A stretch of 14,288 bases of DNA from Myxococcota bacterium. GTDB taxonomy: Bacteria > Myxococcota > XYA12-FULL-58-9 > JALHOP01. The notes beneath the pieces were generated by a model. It was given only the letters and a program-made list of their open reading frames with translations. It made no database searches and was not told the origin of the DNA. Below are positions 6,879-14,288 of the stretch, one piece after another. The translations under genes and the position numbers were made by a program. The first letter of the stretch is position 1. Each line of letters starts with the position of its first letter. The DNA is taken from positions 1 to 14,288 of the forward strand of contig JBGGMJ010000034.1 in the NCBI GenBank assembly GCA_041288095.1, read 5' to 3'.

Positions 6879-9038
6879 TCAGGGCTTTTCCGCGAGCTGA
6901 GCCAAGAAGAAGGCGTACTCGCGTGCGCGGTCGCGTTTGGCCTCGAAACGGCCCGATTTGCCGCCGTGGCCGGCCGCCATGTCGACGCTGAACACCAGCG
7001 GGTTTTGATCGGTCTTCACGGCCCGGAGCTTCGCGACCCACTTGGCCGGCTCGTAATACTGGACCTGCGAATCCCACAGCCCCGTGACCACGAGCATCGC
7101 CGGATAGGCCTGGGCGCGGACATTGTCATAGGGCGAATACGACACCATGTACGCGTAGTAGTCTTTCGTCGCTGGGTTCCCCCATTCGTCCATCTCGTTG
7201 GTGGTGAGTGGAATCGACGTGTCGAGCATGGTGGTGACGACGTCGACGAAGGGCACCTCGGCGCAGATGGCGCGGTAGTCGTCCGGCGCCATGTTGGCGA
7301 TCGCGCCCATGATGATGCCGCCGGCGCTGCGACCCTCCGCGAACACCTTGCCGCGCGCCGCGTAGCCGTGCTCGACGAGGACGTGGGTCGTGTCGATGAA
7401 GTCGGTGCTGCTGTTCTTCTTGTTGAGGAGCTTACCGCCTTCGTACCAGGCGCGGCCGAGCTCTTGGCCGCCGCGGATGTGCGCGATCGCGACTACGAAG
7501 CCGCGGTCCATGAGGCTCACCCAGTCGCGCTCGAACTCGGGATCGATCGACAAGCCGTAGGCGCCGTAGCCGTACTGGAAGAGCGGCGCGCTGCCGTCAC
7601 GGGGTGTGTCCTTGCGGTAGGCGATGGACACCGGTACCGCGGTGCCGTCGCGGGCGTTGGCGCGTAGATATTCGGTGGCGTACTGCGTCGGGTCGTAGCC
7701 GGGCACGCGTTCGCGCTTGAGCTCCTCCTTTGCCCCGGTCTTCACATCGACGTCGAAGGTCGTGGGTGGCGTGGTGAGCGATTGATAGACGTAGCGGAAC
7801 TTGCCGCGGTCGAGCTCGGGGGTCGGCACCAGGATCATGGTGTACGAGGGCTGGTCGGCGCTGACCGTCACCGGCTTGAGTTTGGGCGTCAGCGGGGTGA
7901 TCGCGACCTTGAGCAGTCCGTCTTGGCGGTGGTTGACGGCGATCGCGTTGCCGAGGACGTCGAAGCCCTCGATGAAGGTGTCGGCGCGCGCCGGGACGAC
8001 GTCTTTCCAAGCGGACAATGAAGTGCTTTGGGTGACGGGCACGCGGGCGATGCGGAAGTTCGTAGAGCCCTTCGAGTTGGTGCGCACGATGAAGTCACGG
8101 CCGACGTGCTCCACCTGGTACTCGTGGTCGGCGGATCGCGGCAGCACCGGCTTGAAAGCGAGCGCCGGATCGGATGCGTCGGCATAGAGCGTCTCGCTCA
8201 TGGTCGTCGCGTGCAGGTCGATGAAGATGTAAGCGCCCGACTTGCTCTTCGAGAGATTGACGTAAAAGCTCTTGTCCTTCTCCTCGTAGACGACGGTGTC
8301 TTGCGTCTCGCCGAGGACGTGCTTCATGACGCGGTAACCCAAGAGCGTCGTTGGGTCGCGCTCGACGTAGAGCAGTGTGCGGTCGTCGTTCGCCCAGACC
8401 CCGTCGTCGTCGAGGTTGCTCGCGGTATCGGGCAGCACCGCCCCGGTCGCGGTGTCCTTGACGTGCAGCACGTATTGCCGGCGACCGACGGTGTCGTCGC
8501 TGTAGGCGAAGAGACGTCCGCTATTGCTGACAACGCGGGCGGCGACCTCGTAGAACTCGTGGCCGACCGCGCCGGCGTTGGCGTCGAGGAGCACCTCCTC
8601 GGCGGCCTCCATCGTGCCCTTCTTGCGGCAGTAGATCGGGTGCTCCTTCCCCTCCTCGAGTCGGCGGTAGTACCAATAGCCGCGATCGAAGTAGGGCACG
8701 CTGGTGTCGTTGGGAGCCAGGCGGCCGATGAGCTCGGCGAAAAGCGCTTCCTCCACCGCGTGATGCGGCGCCATGACCTTGTCGCGCCAGGCGTTCTCGG
8801 CGGTCAGGTAACCCAGCACCTCGGGGTTGGTTCGCTCGTCGTCGCGCAGCCAGTAGTAGGGATCGTCGCGGTCACCGTTCGGCGAGGGGACGGTGTGCGG
8901 CTTCTTCACCGCCAGCGGCGGCCCATTGTCCTGCGGCGTCGTCGTGCCCGGCAGTGGGGCGCGCGCGGGATCTTCGACGCGCTTGGCACAGGCGAGGACG
9001 ACGAGCAACGGAAGGGCGATGGCGACGCGCAGATTCAT
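6879..9038 (-). CDS. ptrB: Oligopeptidase B (protease II, peptidase family S9A) with lipoprotein signal
   Basis: N-terminal DPYYWLRDDER, YGYGAYG, IRGGQELG, catalytic GRSAGG (Ser), DSQVQYYEPAKWVAKLR (Asp) and AGHGG (His). Signal peptide ...LLVVLA-C. Confidence 0.95.
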   Translation of the reverse strand: MNLRVAIALPLLVVLACAKRVEDPARAPLPGTTTPQDNGPPLAVKKPHTVPSPNGDRDDPYYWLRDDERTNPEVLGYLTAENAWRDKVMAPHHAVEEALFAELIGRLAPNDTSVPYFDRGYWYYRRLEEGKEHPIYCRKKGTMEAAEEVLLDANAGAVGHEFYEVAARVVSNSGRLFAYSDDTVGRRQYVLHVKDTATGAVLPDTASNLDDDGVWANDDRTLLYVERDPTTLLGYRVMKHVLGETQDTVVYEEKDKSFYVNLSKSKSGAYIFIDLHATTMSETLYADASDPALAFKPVLPRSADHEYQVEHVGRDFIVRTNSKGSTNFRIARVPVTQSTSLSAWKDVVPARADTFIEGFDVLGNAIAVNHRQDGLLKVAITPLTPKLKPVTVSADQPSYTMILVPTPELDRGKFRYVYQSLTTPPTTFDVDVKTGAKEELKRERVPGYDPTQYATEYLRANARDGTAVPVSIAYRKDTPRDGSAPLFQYGYGAYGLSIDPEFERDWVSLMDRGFVVAIAHIRGGQELGRAWYEGGKLLNKKNSSTDFIDTTHVLVEHGYAARGKVFAEGRSAGGIIMGAIANMAPDDYRAICAEVPFVDVVTTMLDTSIPLTTNEMDEWGNPATKDYYAYMVSYSPYDNVRAQAYPAMLVVTGLWDSQVQYYEPAKWVAKLRAVKTDQNPLVFSVDMAAGHGGKSGRFEAKRDRAREYAFFLAQLAEKP

Positions 9039-9061
9039 GGCGGCGCCCTCTTAGCATTCGA

Positions 9062-9090
9062 TTGCCTGACCTGCGAGCGCTTGCTATAGC
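9062..9090 (+). promoter_or_regulatory. Putative sigma70-type promoter for the ferredoxin operon
   Basis: TTGCCT (9062-9067), 17 bp, then TATAGC (9085-9090), with an extended TG at 9082-9083. Confidence 0.45.
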
Positions 9091-9100
9091 GCCCGCCCTC

Positions 9101-9454
9101 ATGGCGCGCTTCGATCACATCGTCTTCGTCTGCACGAAGGAGCGCGACCGCGACGATCCCAAGGGATCGTGTCACCACCGTGGCGGTCCCGAGCTGCTCG
9201 ACCGCATGAAGAAGCTGACCAAGGAGCACAAGCTCAAGGGTCGCGTGCGCGTCACTTCGTCGGGCTGCCTCGACTATTGCGCCAAGGGCTGCACGGTCGC
9301 CGTGTTCTCCGCGGGCAGGCCGACAGGCGAAACGTGGTACACGCACTTATCACCCGATGATGCCGAACGCCTTTTCGAGACGCATGTCCTCGAGGGTAAG
9401 CGTCTCGACGAGCATGTCGAGCGCAGCGGCGATGATCGCAGTACAGGAGAGTGA
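9101..9454 (+). CDS. Thioredoxin-like [2Fe-2S] ferredoxin
   Basis: HIVFVCTKER...GSC...RVTSSGCLDYCAKG...WY...HVLEGK gives the four-Cys pattern of Aquifex Fd4/Clostridium 2Fe-2S type ferredoxins. The start is ATG9101 within the longer ORF call. Confidence 0.9.
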   Translation: MARFDHIVFVCTKERDRDDPKGSCHHRGGPELLDRMKKLTKEHKLKGRVRVTSSGCLDYCAKGCTVAVFSAGRPTGETWYTHLSPDDAERLFETHVLEGKRLDEHVERSGDDRSTGE

Positions 9455-9455
9455 A

Positions 9456-9572
9456 ATGGCTAACTCGAAGAGCAAGCAGAAGCGGGTTCGTATGCAACGT
9501 AAGATCAAGGCGAAGGCGCGCAACAAGCGCAAGAAGGTCGAAATCGCCAAGAAGAAGAAGAAGAGCCGCTAG
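9456..9572 (+). CDS. 38-aa Lys/Arg-rich small basic protein (possible RNA/ribosome- or nucleoid-binding)
   Basis: Strong SD AGGAGAG (9445-9451); ATG lies 1 nt after the ferredoxin stop. Sequence MANSKSKQKRVRMQRKIKAKARNKRKKVEIAKKKKKSR, with all Lys encoded by AAG, fitting the GC3-rich codon usage of the window. Confidence 0.7.
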   Translation: MANSKSKQKRVRMQRKIKAKARNKRKKVEIAKKKKKSR

Positions 9573-9624
9573 GCGTTAGCGGTTTCCTCTTCCTTCCGGC
9601 CGGTCGCGAACGCACCCTAGGGGC

Positions 9625-10269
9625 GTGAGCTCCGCGACCGACAAGGCTCGTCACGCCATGGTCGATGCCATCGCCCGCCGCGGTGGTGTGCGCGATAGCG
9701 TCGTCGAAGCCATGCGCAAGGTGCCGCGCCACGAGCTGGTTCCGGAGTGGAACCGGCACCTGGCGTACGCCGATCGCGCCATCTCGATCGGCGCCGGTGC
9801 GACCATCTCGCAGCCCTACATCGTCGCCTTCATGACCGACGCGGCCGAGGTCGAGCATGGCGACAAGGTCCTCGAGATCGGGACCGGCAGCGCCTACCAA
9901 GCGGCGGTGCTCGCGGCCCTCGGCTGCGAGGTCTACAGCGTCGAGATCGTACCCGAGCTGGTGGAGCGGGCCGAGATTGCGCTCGAGCGCTTAGGGCTCG
10001 CCAATGTGCACGTGCGTCTCGGCGATGGTCATGAAGGTTGGCCCGAGGCGGCTCCCTTCGATGCGATCGTTGTCACCGCCGCGCCGCCGGAGCTGCCGCG
10101 TGCCCTCTTCGACCAACTCAAGCCGGGTGGCCGCCTGGTCATCCCCATCGGTGGTCAGGAGGAGACCCAGACCCTGCGCGTCTTCGAGCGCGTCGGTGGC
10201 GATCTCCGGGTGCGCAAAACCCTGCCAGTACGCTTCATTCCGCTCACCAGGGGCGACCCCAGGCATTAG
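9625..10269 (+). CDS. pcm: Protein-L-isoaspartate(D-aspartate) O-methyltransferase
   Basis: Motifs [68 protein letters not shown] and VRFIPL. Confidence 0.95.
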   Translation: MSSATDKARHAMVDAIARRGGVRDSVVEAMRKVPRHELVPEWNRHLAYADRAISIGAGATISQPYIVAFMTDAAEVEHGDKVLEIGTGSAYQAAVLAALGCEVYSVEIVPELVERAEIALERLGLANVHVRLGDGHEGWPEAAPFDAIVVTAAPPELPRALFDQLKPGGRLVIPIGGQEETQTLRVFERVGGDLRVRKTLPVRFIPLTRGDPRH

Positions 10270-10367
10270 CTCCGCCTCTGGTTCGTGGTTTCCGTTGGCT
10301 TTGCTGCTTTGGCGTGCTAGCTAGCTCCGCGTTTTTCGAAAGAAAGCACGCTCAAGGGAGAGCTAAC

Positions 10368-10613
10368 GTGGCTGAGAACAACGCAGTAGAGGCGCGCGTC
10401 AAAGCGATCATCGTCCGCCAGCTTGGCGTCAAGGAAGACGAAGTCGCCGCCGACAAGTCGTTCGTCGATGACCTGGGTGCCGACTCGCTCGATATCGTCG
10501 AGCTCGTCATGGCGATGGAAGACGAGTTCGGCTTCGAGATCCCTGACGAGGAAGCCGAGAACATCCGCACCGTCGGTGACGCGGTCTCCTACATCAACGC
10601 GCACCAGGGCTAA
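10368..10613 (+). CDS. acpP: Acyl carrier protein
   Basis: GTG start after [37 protein letters not shown] contains the phosphopantetheine Ser motif. 81 aa. Confidence 0.96.
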   Translation: MAENNAVEARVKAIIVRQLGVKEDEVAADKSFVDDLGADSLDIVELVMAMEDEFGFEIPDEEAENIRTVGDAVSYINAHQG

Positions 10614-10619
10614 GCGCCC

Positions 10620-11891
10620 ATGAGCTCGGACGTACAAGGTTTGGCAGCGCTCAAGGCGGTCGATCCCGAGATCTACGCGGCGATCGAGAACGAAACCCGT
10701 CGTCAGGAAGACGGGCTCGAGCTCATCGCCAGCGAGAACTTCGTGAGCCGCGCGGTGCTGGCCGCGGTCGGCACCATTCTCACCAACAAGTACGCCGAGG
10801 GCTTCCCCGGTCGCCGTTACTACGGCGGCTGCGAGGTGGTCGACGTCATCGAAAATCTCGCCATCGAGCGTGCGAAGAAGCTCTTCGGCGCCGAATACGC
10901 GAACGTCCAACCGCACTCGGGCTCGCAGGCCAACATGGCCGTGTACATGAGCTACCTCGAGCCGGGCGACACCATCGTCGCCATGGACCTCGACGCGGGC
11001 GGCCCCCTCACGCACGGCTCGCCGGTGAACTTCTCCGGCAAGCTCTACAAGGTCGTGCCGTACGGTGTGCGTCGCGAAGACGAGCGCATCGACTACGACC
11101 AGCTCGAGAAGCTTGTCATGGAGAACAAGCCGAAGCTGGTGGTCGCGGGTGCCTCGGCATACGCGCGCACGCTGGACTTCGAGCGCTTCGCCAAGATCGC
11201 TCGTGCCGGCGGCGCTCGCCTGTTCGTCGACATGGCGCACATCGCCGGGTTGGTGGCCGCGGGTGAGCATCCGTCGCCGGTGCCGCACGCCGAATACGTG
11301 AGCTCGACGACGCACAAGACCCTACGCGGTCCGCGCTCGGGCCTCGTGCTCGCCAAAGCGGACTACGGCAAGTCGCTGGATTCGGCGACGTTCCCGCGCA
11401 TCCAGGGCGGGCCGTTGATGCACGTCATCGCCGGCAAGGCCGTGGCTTTCCTCGAAGCCTTGCAGCCGTCGTTCAAGACCTACCAGCAGCAGATCCGCAA
11501 GAACGCACACGTCTTGGCGACCGCAATGGCCGAGCGCGGCTTCCGCTTGGTCTCGGGCGGCACCGACAACCACATCGTTTTGGTCGACCTGCGCCCGAAG
11601 AAGCTCACCGGCAAGCTCGCCGAGCACGCGCTCGACAAGGCCGGCATCACCGTCAACAAGAACAAGATCCCGTTCGATCCCGAGAAGCCGATGGTGACCA
11701 GTGGTGTCCGCTTGGGCACACCGGCGGTCACGACGCGCGGCATGAAAGAGGCGGAGATGGTGAAGATCGCCGACCTCATCAACCGGGCGCTCGAGAAGCC
11801 GGAAGACGAGTCGCATCTCGCGGCGGTGAAGAAGGACGTGCGCGAGCTCGCGGGCGCCTTCCCGATGTATGCCGATCTCCTGCGCCGCTAA
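10620..11891 (+). CDS. glyA: Serine hydroxymethyltransferase
   Basis: Motifs [53 protein letters not shown] (PLP Lys), QGGPLMH and SGVRLGTPA. Confidence 0.98.
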   Translation: MSSDVQGLAALKAVDPEIYAAIENETRRQEDGLELIASENFVSRAVLAAVGTILTNKYAEGFPGRRYYGGCEVVDVIENLAIERAKKLFGAEYANVQPHSGSQANMAVYMSYLEPGDTIVAMDLDAGGPLTHGSPVNFSGKLYKVVPYGVRREDERIDYDQLEKLVMENKPKLVVAGASAYARTLDFERFAKIARAGGARLFVDMAHIAGLVAAGEHPSPVPHAEYVSSTTHKTLRGPRSGLVLAKADYGKSLDSATFPRIQGGPLMHVIAGKAVAFLEALQPSFKTYQQQIRKNAHVLATAMAERGFRLVSGGTDNHIVLVDLRPKKLTGKLAEHALDKAGITVNKNKIPFDPEKPMVTSGVRLGTPAVTTRGMKEAEMVKIADLINRALEKPEDESHLAAVKKDVRELAGAFPMYADLLRR

Positions 11892-12837
11892 GTGGCTCCA
11901 CACCGGCGTGTGCATCCTGTGCGCGACCGCGTGTGGTCGCGGCGGCTTCGATAGGCTCGAGGAGGTCGTCACTCCCGTGCAGCCGTTTGACGAGTGCGCC
12001 TACTGGTCGTGCAACGGTGGGAGCACCTGCTGCGTCCCGACCGAGACACTGAGCCTCGACTTCGAGCCGCCCACGTATTCGCCGGGCCTCATCAACGGTG
12101 TTGCCGGATGGTCGAGTCTCGGCGCCGCCGGCCAAGGCTGCGCGATCTATGACCATGCCGTGGTCGCCAATACGTGGGGCTATTCGGGCTTCGGCGGCCA
12201 GAGCCTACGCGTCTCCAACGCCGTGACCTCAGACTGCTACTCCGACGCGACCTCCTCACCCGGCGTCGTCAACGAGGCTGGTGAGGCGAGCGCGATCAGC
12301 GTGCCGCCTGGTGTCCGACAGGAATATCTCGAGATCGAGTGGCAGTTCGCCTCGGCCGTCCCCAGCGCCGAGCAGGCTGGCCTCCGCGTCGAAATGGCGC
12401 TCGACCACGGTGGTTCCCATATGAGCCTCGTGCAGGTGGTCGACAACCCGGGCGGGCTGGTCGTCACCTTCGCTGAATACGTCGACGCCCCACCCTATGG
12501 CAGCGTCGCCGCGCCCGCGGACGGATGCGAGCCGCAGGACCTCCTGTCATTCGTCGATATTGCGTCAGACCTCGATCGGTCGCTGCCACACACGGTGCGC
12601 GTGCGCTTCCACGCCATCGACGGTCCCGCCAACGATGTCGTGATGGTCAGCGTCGACGGTACGTCGCGCTACCTGGGTACGTCCTGGGAGGATCTCTTCC
12701 GCTGGTGCGAGGGACTCGGGCCCTATGCTGTCGACGACCTCGCGCTGCGCACCAGCAACCCGGCACGCCCGTTGCTCTCCGGCTACGGCCTCGTCATCGA
12801 CAACGTCATGCTGCGTGGCGGCTGCGCCTGCCCCTGA
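11869..12837 (+). CDS. Putative lipoprotein with beta-sandwich (ConA/lectin-like) domain
   Basis: Hydrophobic N-terminus ending [10 protein letters not shown], a short Cys cluster, then a beta-rich domain (LDFE...GW, HTVRVRF, VSVDG, VIDNV). Overlaps the glyA end by 23 nt; the start codon is uncertain. Confidence 0.6.
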   Translation: MPISCAAKWLHTGVCILCATACGRGGFDRLEEVVTPVQPFDECAYWSCNGGSTCCVPTETLSLDFEPPTYSPGLINGVAGWSSLGAAGQGCAIYDHAVVANTWGYSGFGGQSLRVSNAVTSDCYSDATSSPGVVNEAGEASAISVPPGVRQEYLEIEWQFASAVPSAEQAGLRVEMALDHGGSHMSLVQVVDNPGGLVVTFAEYVDAPPYGSVAAPADGCEPQDLLSFVDIASDLDRSLPHTVRVRFHAIDGPANDVVMVSVDGTSRYLGTSWEDLFRWCEGLGPYAVDDLALRTSNPARPLLSGYGLVIDNVMLRGGCACP

Positions 12838-12844
12838 GTGCTTT

Positions 12845-14287
12845 TCATTCCACCCAGTGCAGGTTCCACTCGAGGTGCTGCGTGACCGGCACGGTGAGGC
12901 CGTGGATCTGGCGCGTCTCGGTGTAGGTGCGCTCTCCCGTGACCGTCCGTTGGCTGGGGGTGCGATCGATGTAGATGATGCTCTCCTGCAGCGTCGAAGG
13001 CAGCAGAATCACCGGATCAGTGTCGTAGCTCTCCTCGGTCCGGACCCAGCCGTCGGTGCCGTCGTAGTCCCAGTCGACGATGGCGAACTCGACGACGGAT
13101 TCGACCGGGCCGCAGCTGACGGCCGGGCTCAAGACGATCATCACTTGGCCGGCGCCGGGGATCACGACACCGGGGGGCAGGCCTTCGATGGGCGTCGTTT
13201 GGTCCGCGACCAGGGCGGCTTCGTTGCGAGGGCTGGTCTGCGGTGAGGTCCAGGAGTCGCTGTACTTTTGCCCGTCGAAGTCGGTGCGCGTGCCGACGAT
13301 TTCGGATCCCTCGACGACATCGAGGCGCGTTTGCCCGTAGCCATAGGTCTGCCTGCAAGTCTCGCTACCGTAGGCGGTGGTATTCCCGGTCGAGGGCTCG
13401 GAGCTGACGATCTCGATGAAGCCCGTCTGCGCGATCAGCGCGGTCTCCTTGGTCTTGATGTCACCGTTGTCGGTCACCTCGTAGCGCGCGGCCGAGCCGT
13501 CGATGGTCCACTTGAGCGAGCCGATGAGACCGGTCGGCTCGATCTCGATGAGCTCCTGGCTGACGTAAGCCGCAGGCGCGGCGCCTTCGAGCGCCCACTT
13601 GGCGGTGATGTCCGTCAAAGCGTCCGCGATGCCGAGGGCCGCGCCGATCGGGTTCAGGTTGGCGGCCGCCGCGCCGGGCTTGCCGGCCCCCCAAAGTGAT
13701 GAGAGGTCGGGTGCCGAGCCGCGGTGGAGCTGTACCTTGAAGGTCGCCTTGCGCCGGCGCTCTTTGCCGACCGTCGCCTTCGTCGCTTGCGGCAAGATAT
13801 CGAACTGGACGGTGGTCTCGACGGTCGTCTCGTCGACGCGTGTCACTTTCTTCTGAAAGCCGCCGTTGGTGATGTCCCAGTGGGTATCGGGGGCCCAGAG
13901 CACCTGCGAGCCACCGCCAGTGACGATGCTCCACTCGACGCGCCAGTTCTCGGCGTCGTTGGCGATGTCGCGCGCGTCGGTCTTGGTTGGCAGGCCCAGC
14001 GAGCCCATGCAATCGACAGCCGCTTGGTTGCCCGGGATGCTCACCGCGTCGTCGTACTTCTGCTTGTCGACGCCAGCGACAGCGCGCAAATCGCCGGTTT
14101 TGTTCGCGGCGGTGCTGATCGGCTTCTTCACTGGCGTCGGGGACGTGAGCTCGAGCTTGATGTAGCCGTAACGAAACTGCTGGATGAGCTTGAAGACCTT
14201 GGCGGCAATGCCGGCGGCGGAGAGCGCGATGCCCATCTGGCCGCCGTTGACGGCGCCGTATTGGGCCTCGAGGGCCTCGCCAATGAC
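12845..14287 (-). CDS. Hypothetical protein (5'-truncated by the window edge), Thr/Gly-rich, probably secreted
   Basis: The 463-aa ORF stays open upstream of ATG14236 to the window edge (VIGEALEAQYGAVNGGQ-M). Codon usage is strongly GC3-rich and it converges on the lipoprotein gene with a 7-nt gap. Confidence 0.75.
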   Translation of the reverse strand, partial: VIGEALEAQYGAVNGGQMGIALSAAGIAAKVFKLIQQFRYGYIKLELTSPTPVKKPISTAANKTGDLRAVAGVDKQKYDDAVSIPGNQAAVDCMGSLGLPTKTDARDIANDAENWRVEWSIVTGGGSQVLWAPDTHWDITNGGFQKKVTRVDETTVETTVQFDILPQATKATVGKERRRKATFKVQLHRGSAPDLSSLWGAGKPGAAAANLNPIGAALGIADALTDITAKWALEGAAPAAYVSQELIEIEPTGLIGSLKWTIDGSAARYEVTDNGDIKTKETALIAQTGFIEIVSSEPSTGNTTAYGSETCRQTYGYGQTRLDVVEGSEIVGTRTDFDGQKYSDSWTSPQTSPRNEAALVADQTTPIEGLPPGVVIPGAGQVMIVLSPAVSCGPVESVVEFAIVDWDYDGTDGWVRTEESYDTDPVILLPSTLQESIIYIDRTPSQRTVTGERTYTETRQIHGLTVPVTQHLEWNLHWVE

Positions 14288-14288
14288 G

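Noticed and set aside
7399..7422. ptrB KKNSSTDF instead of the usual KKNTFTDF
   Set aside because: Non-catalytic position and the triad is intact, so ordinary divergence.
3482..9089. Long alternative ORFs 3482-4738, 3777-4802, 5422-6687, 6966-7667 and 8028-9089
   Set aside because: They overlap better-supported genes, have no recognisable motifs and show typical off-frame or antisense composition.
9265..9292. Fifth Cys in the ferredoxin (CLDYCAKGC)
   Set aside because: This position is variable in the family and the four canonical ligands are present, so there is no basis for a novel cluster.
10295..10323. Possible acpP promoter TTGGCT-N17-TAGCTA
   Set aside because: Plausible spacing, but the -10 is weak and it sits in a GCTAGCTAGC run; too uncertain to list.
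10038..10367. N-terminal extension of acpP (191-aa call); similar extensions occur at 8954-9100, 9357-9455 and 4531-4653
   Set aside because: Family homology and SD or promoter positions support the shorter starts.

Overview
GC-rich bacterial window with 13 supportable CDSs. The Cys-rich lipoproteins and gene content look Myxococcota/deltaproteobacterial, which is an inference. Left to right: a 5'-truncated CHAD-like protein; a 765-aa lipoprotein with 9-10 tandem 32-aa disintegrin-loop-like repeats and a Tyr/Cys/Gly tail; a LytS/LytTR two-component pair preceded by a 21-bp-periodic putative LytTR box; a convergent, signal-peptide-less hypothetical protein preceded by a sigma28-like promoter and a terminator hairpin; a lipoprotein-type oligopeptidase B; a divergent run of thioredoxin-like [2Fe-2S] ferredoxin, a 38-aa Lys/Arg-rich mini-protein with a bS20-like N-terminus, pcm, acpP, glyA (with an unusual His->Pro in the GGHLTHG motif) and a beta-sandwich lipoprotein; and finally a partial convergent hypothetical protein. 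No rRNA, tRNA, CRISPR array or mobile element was recognised.
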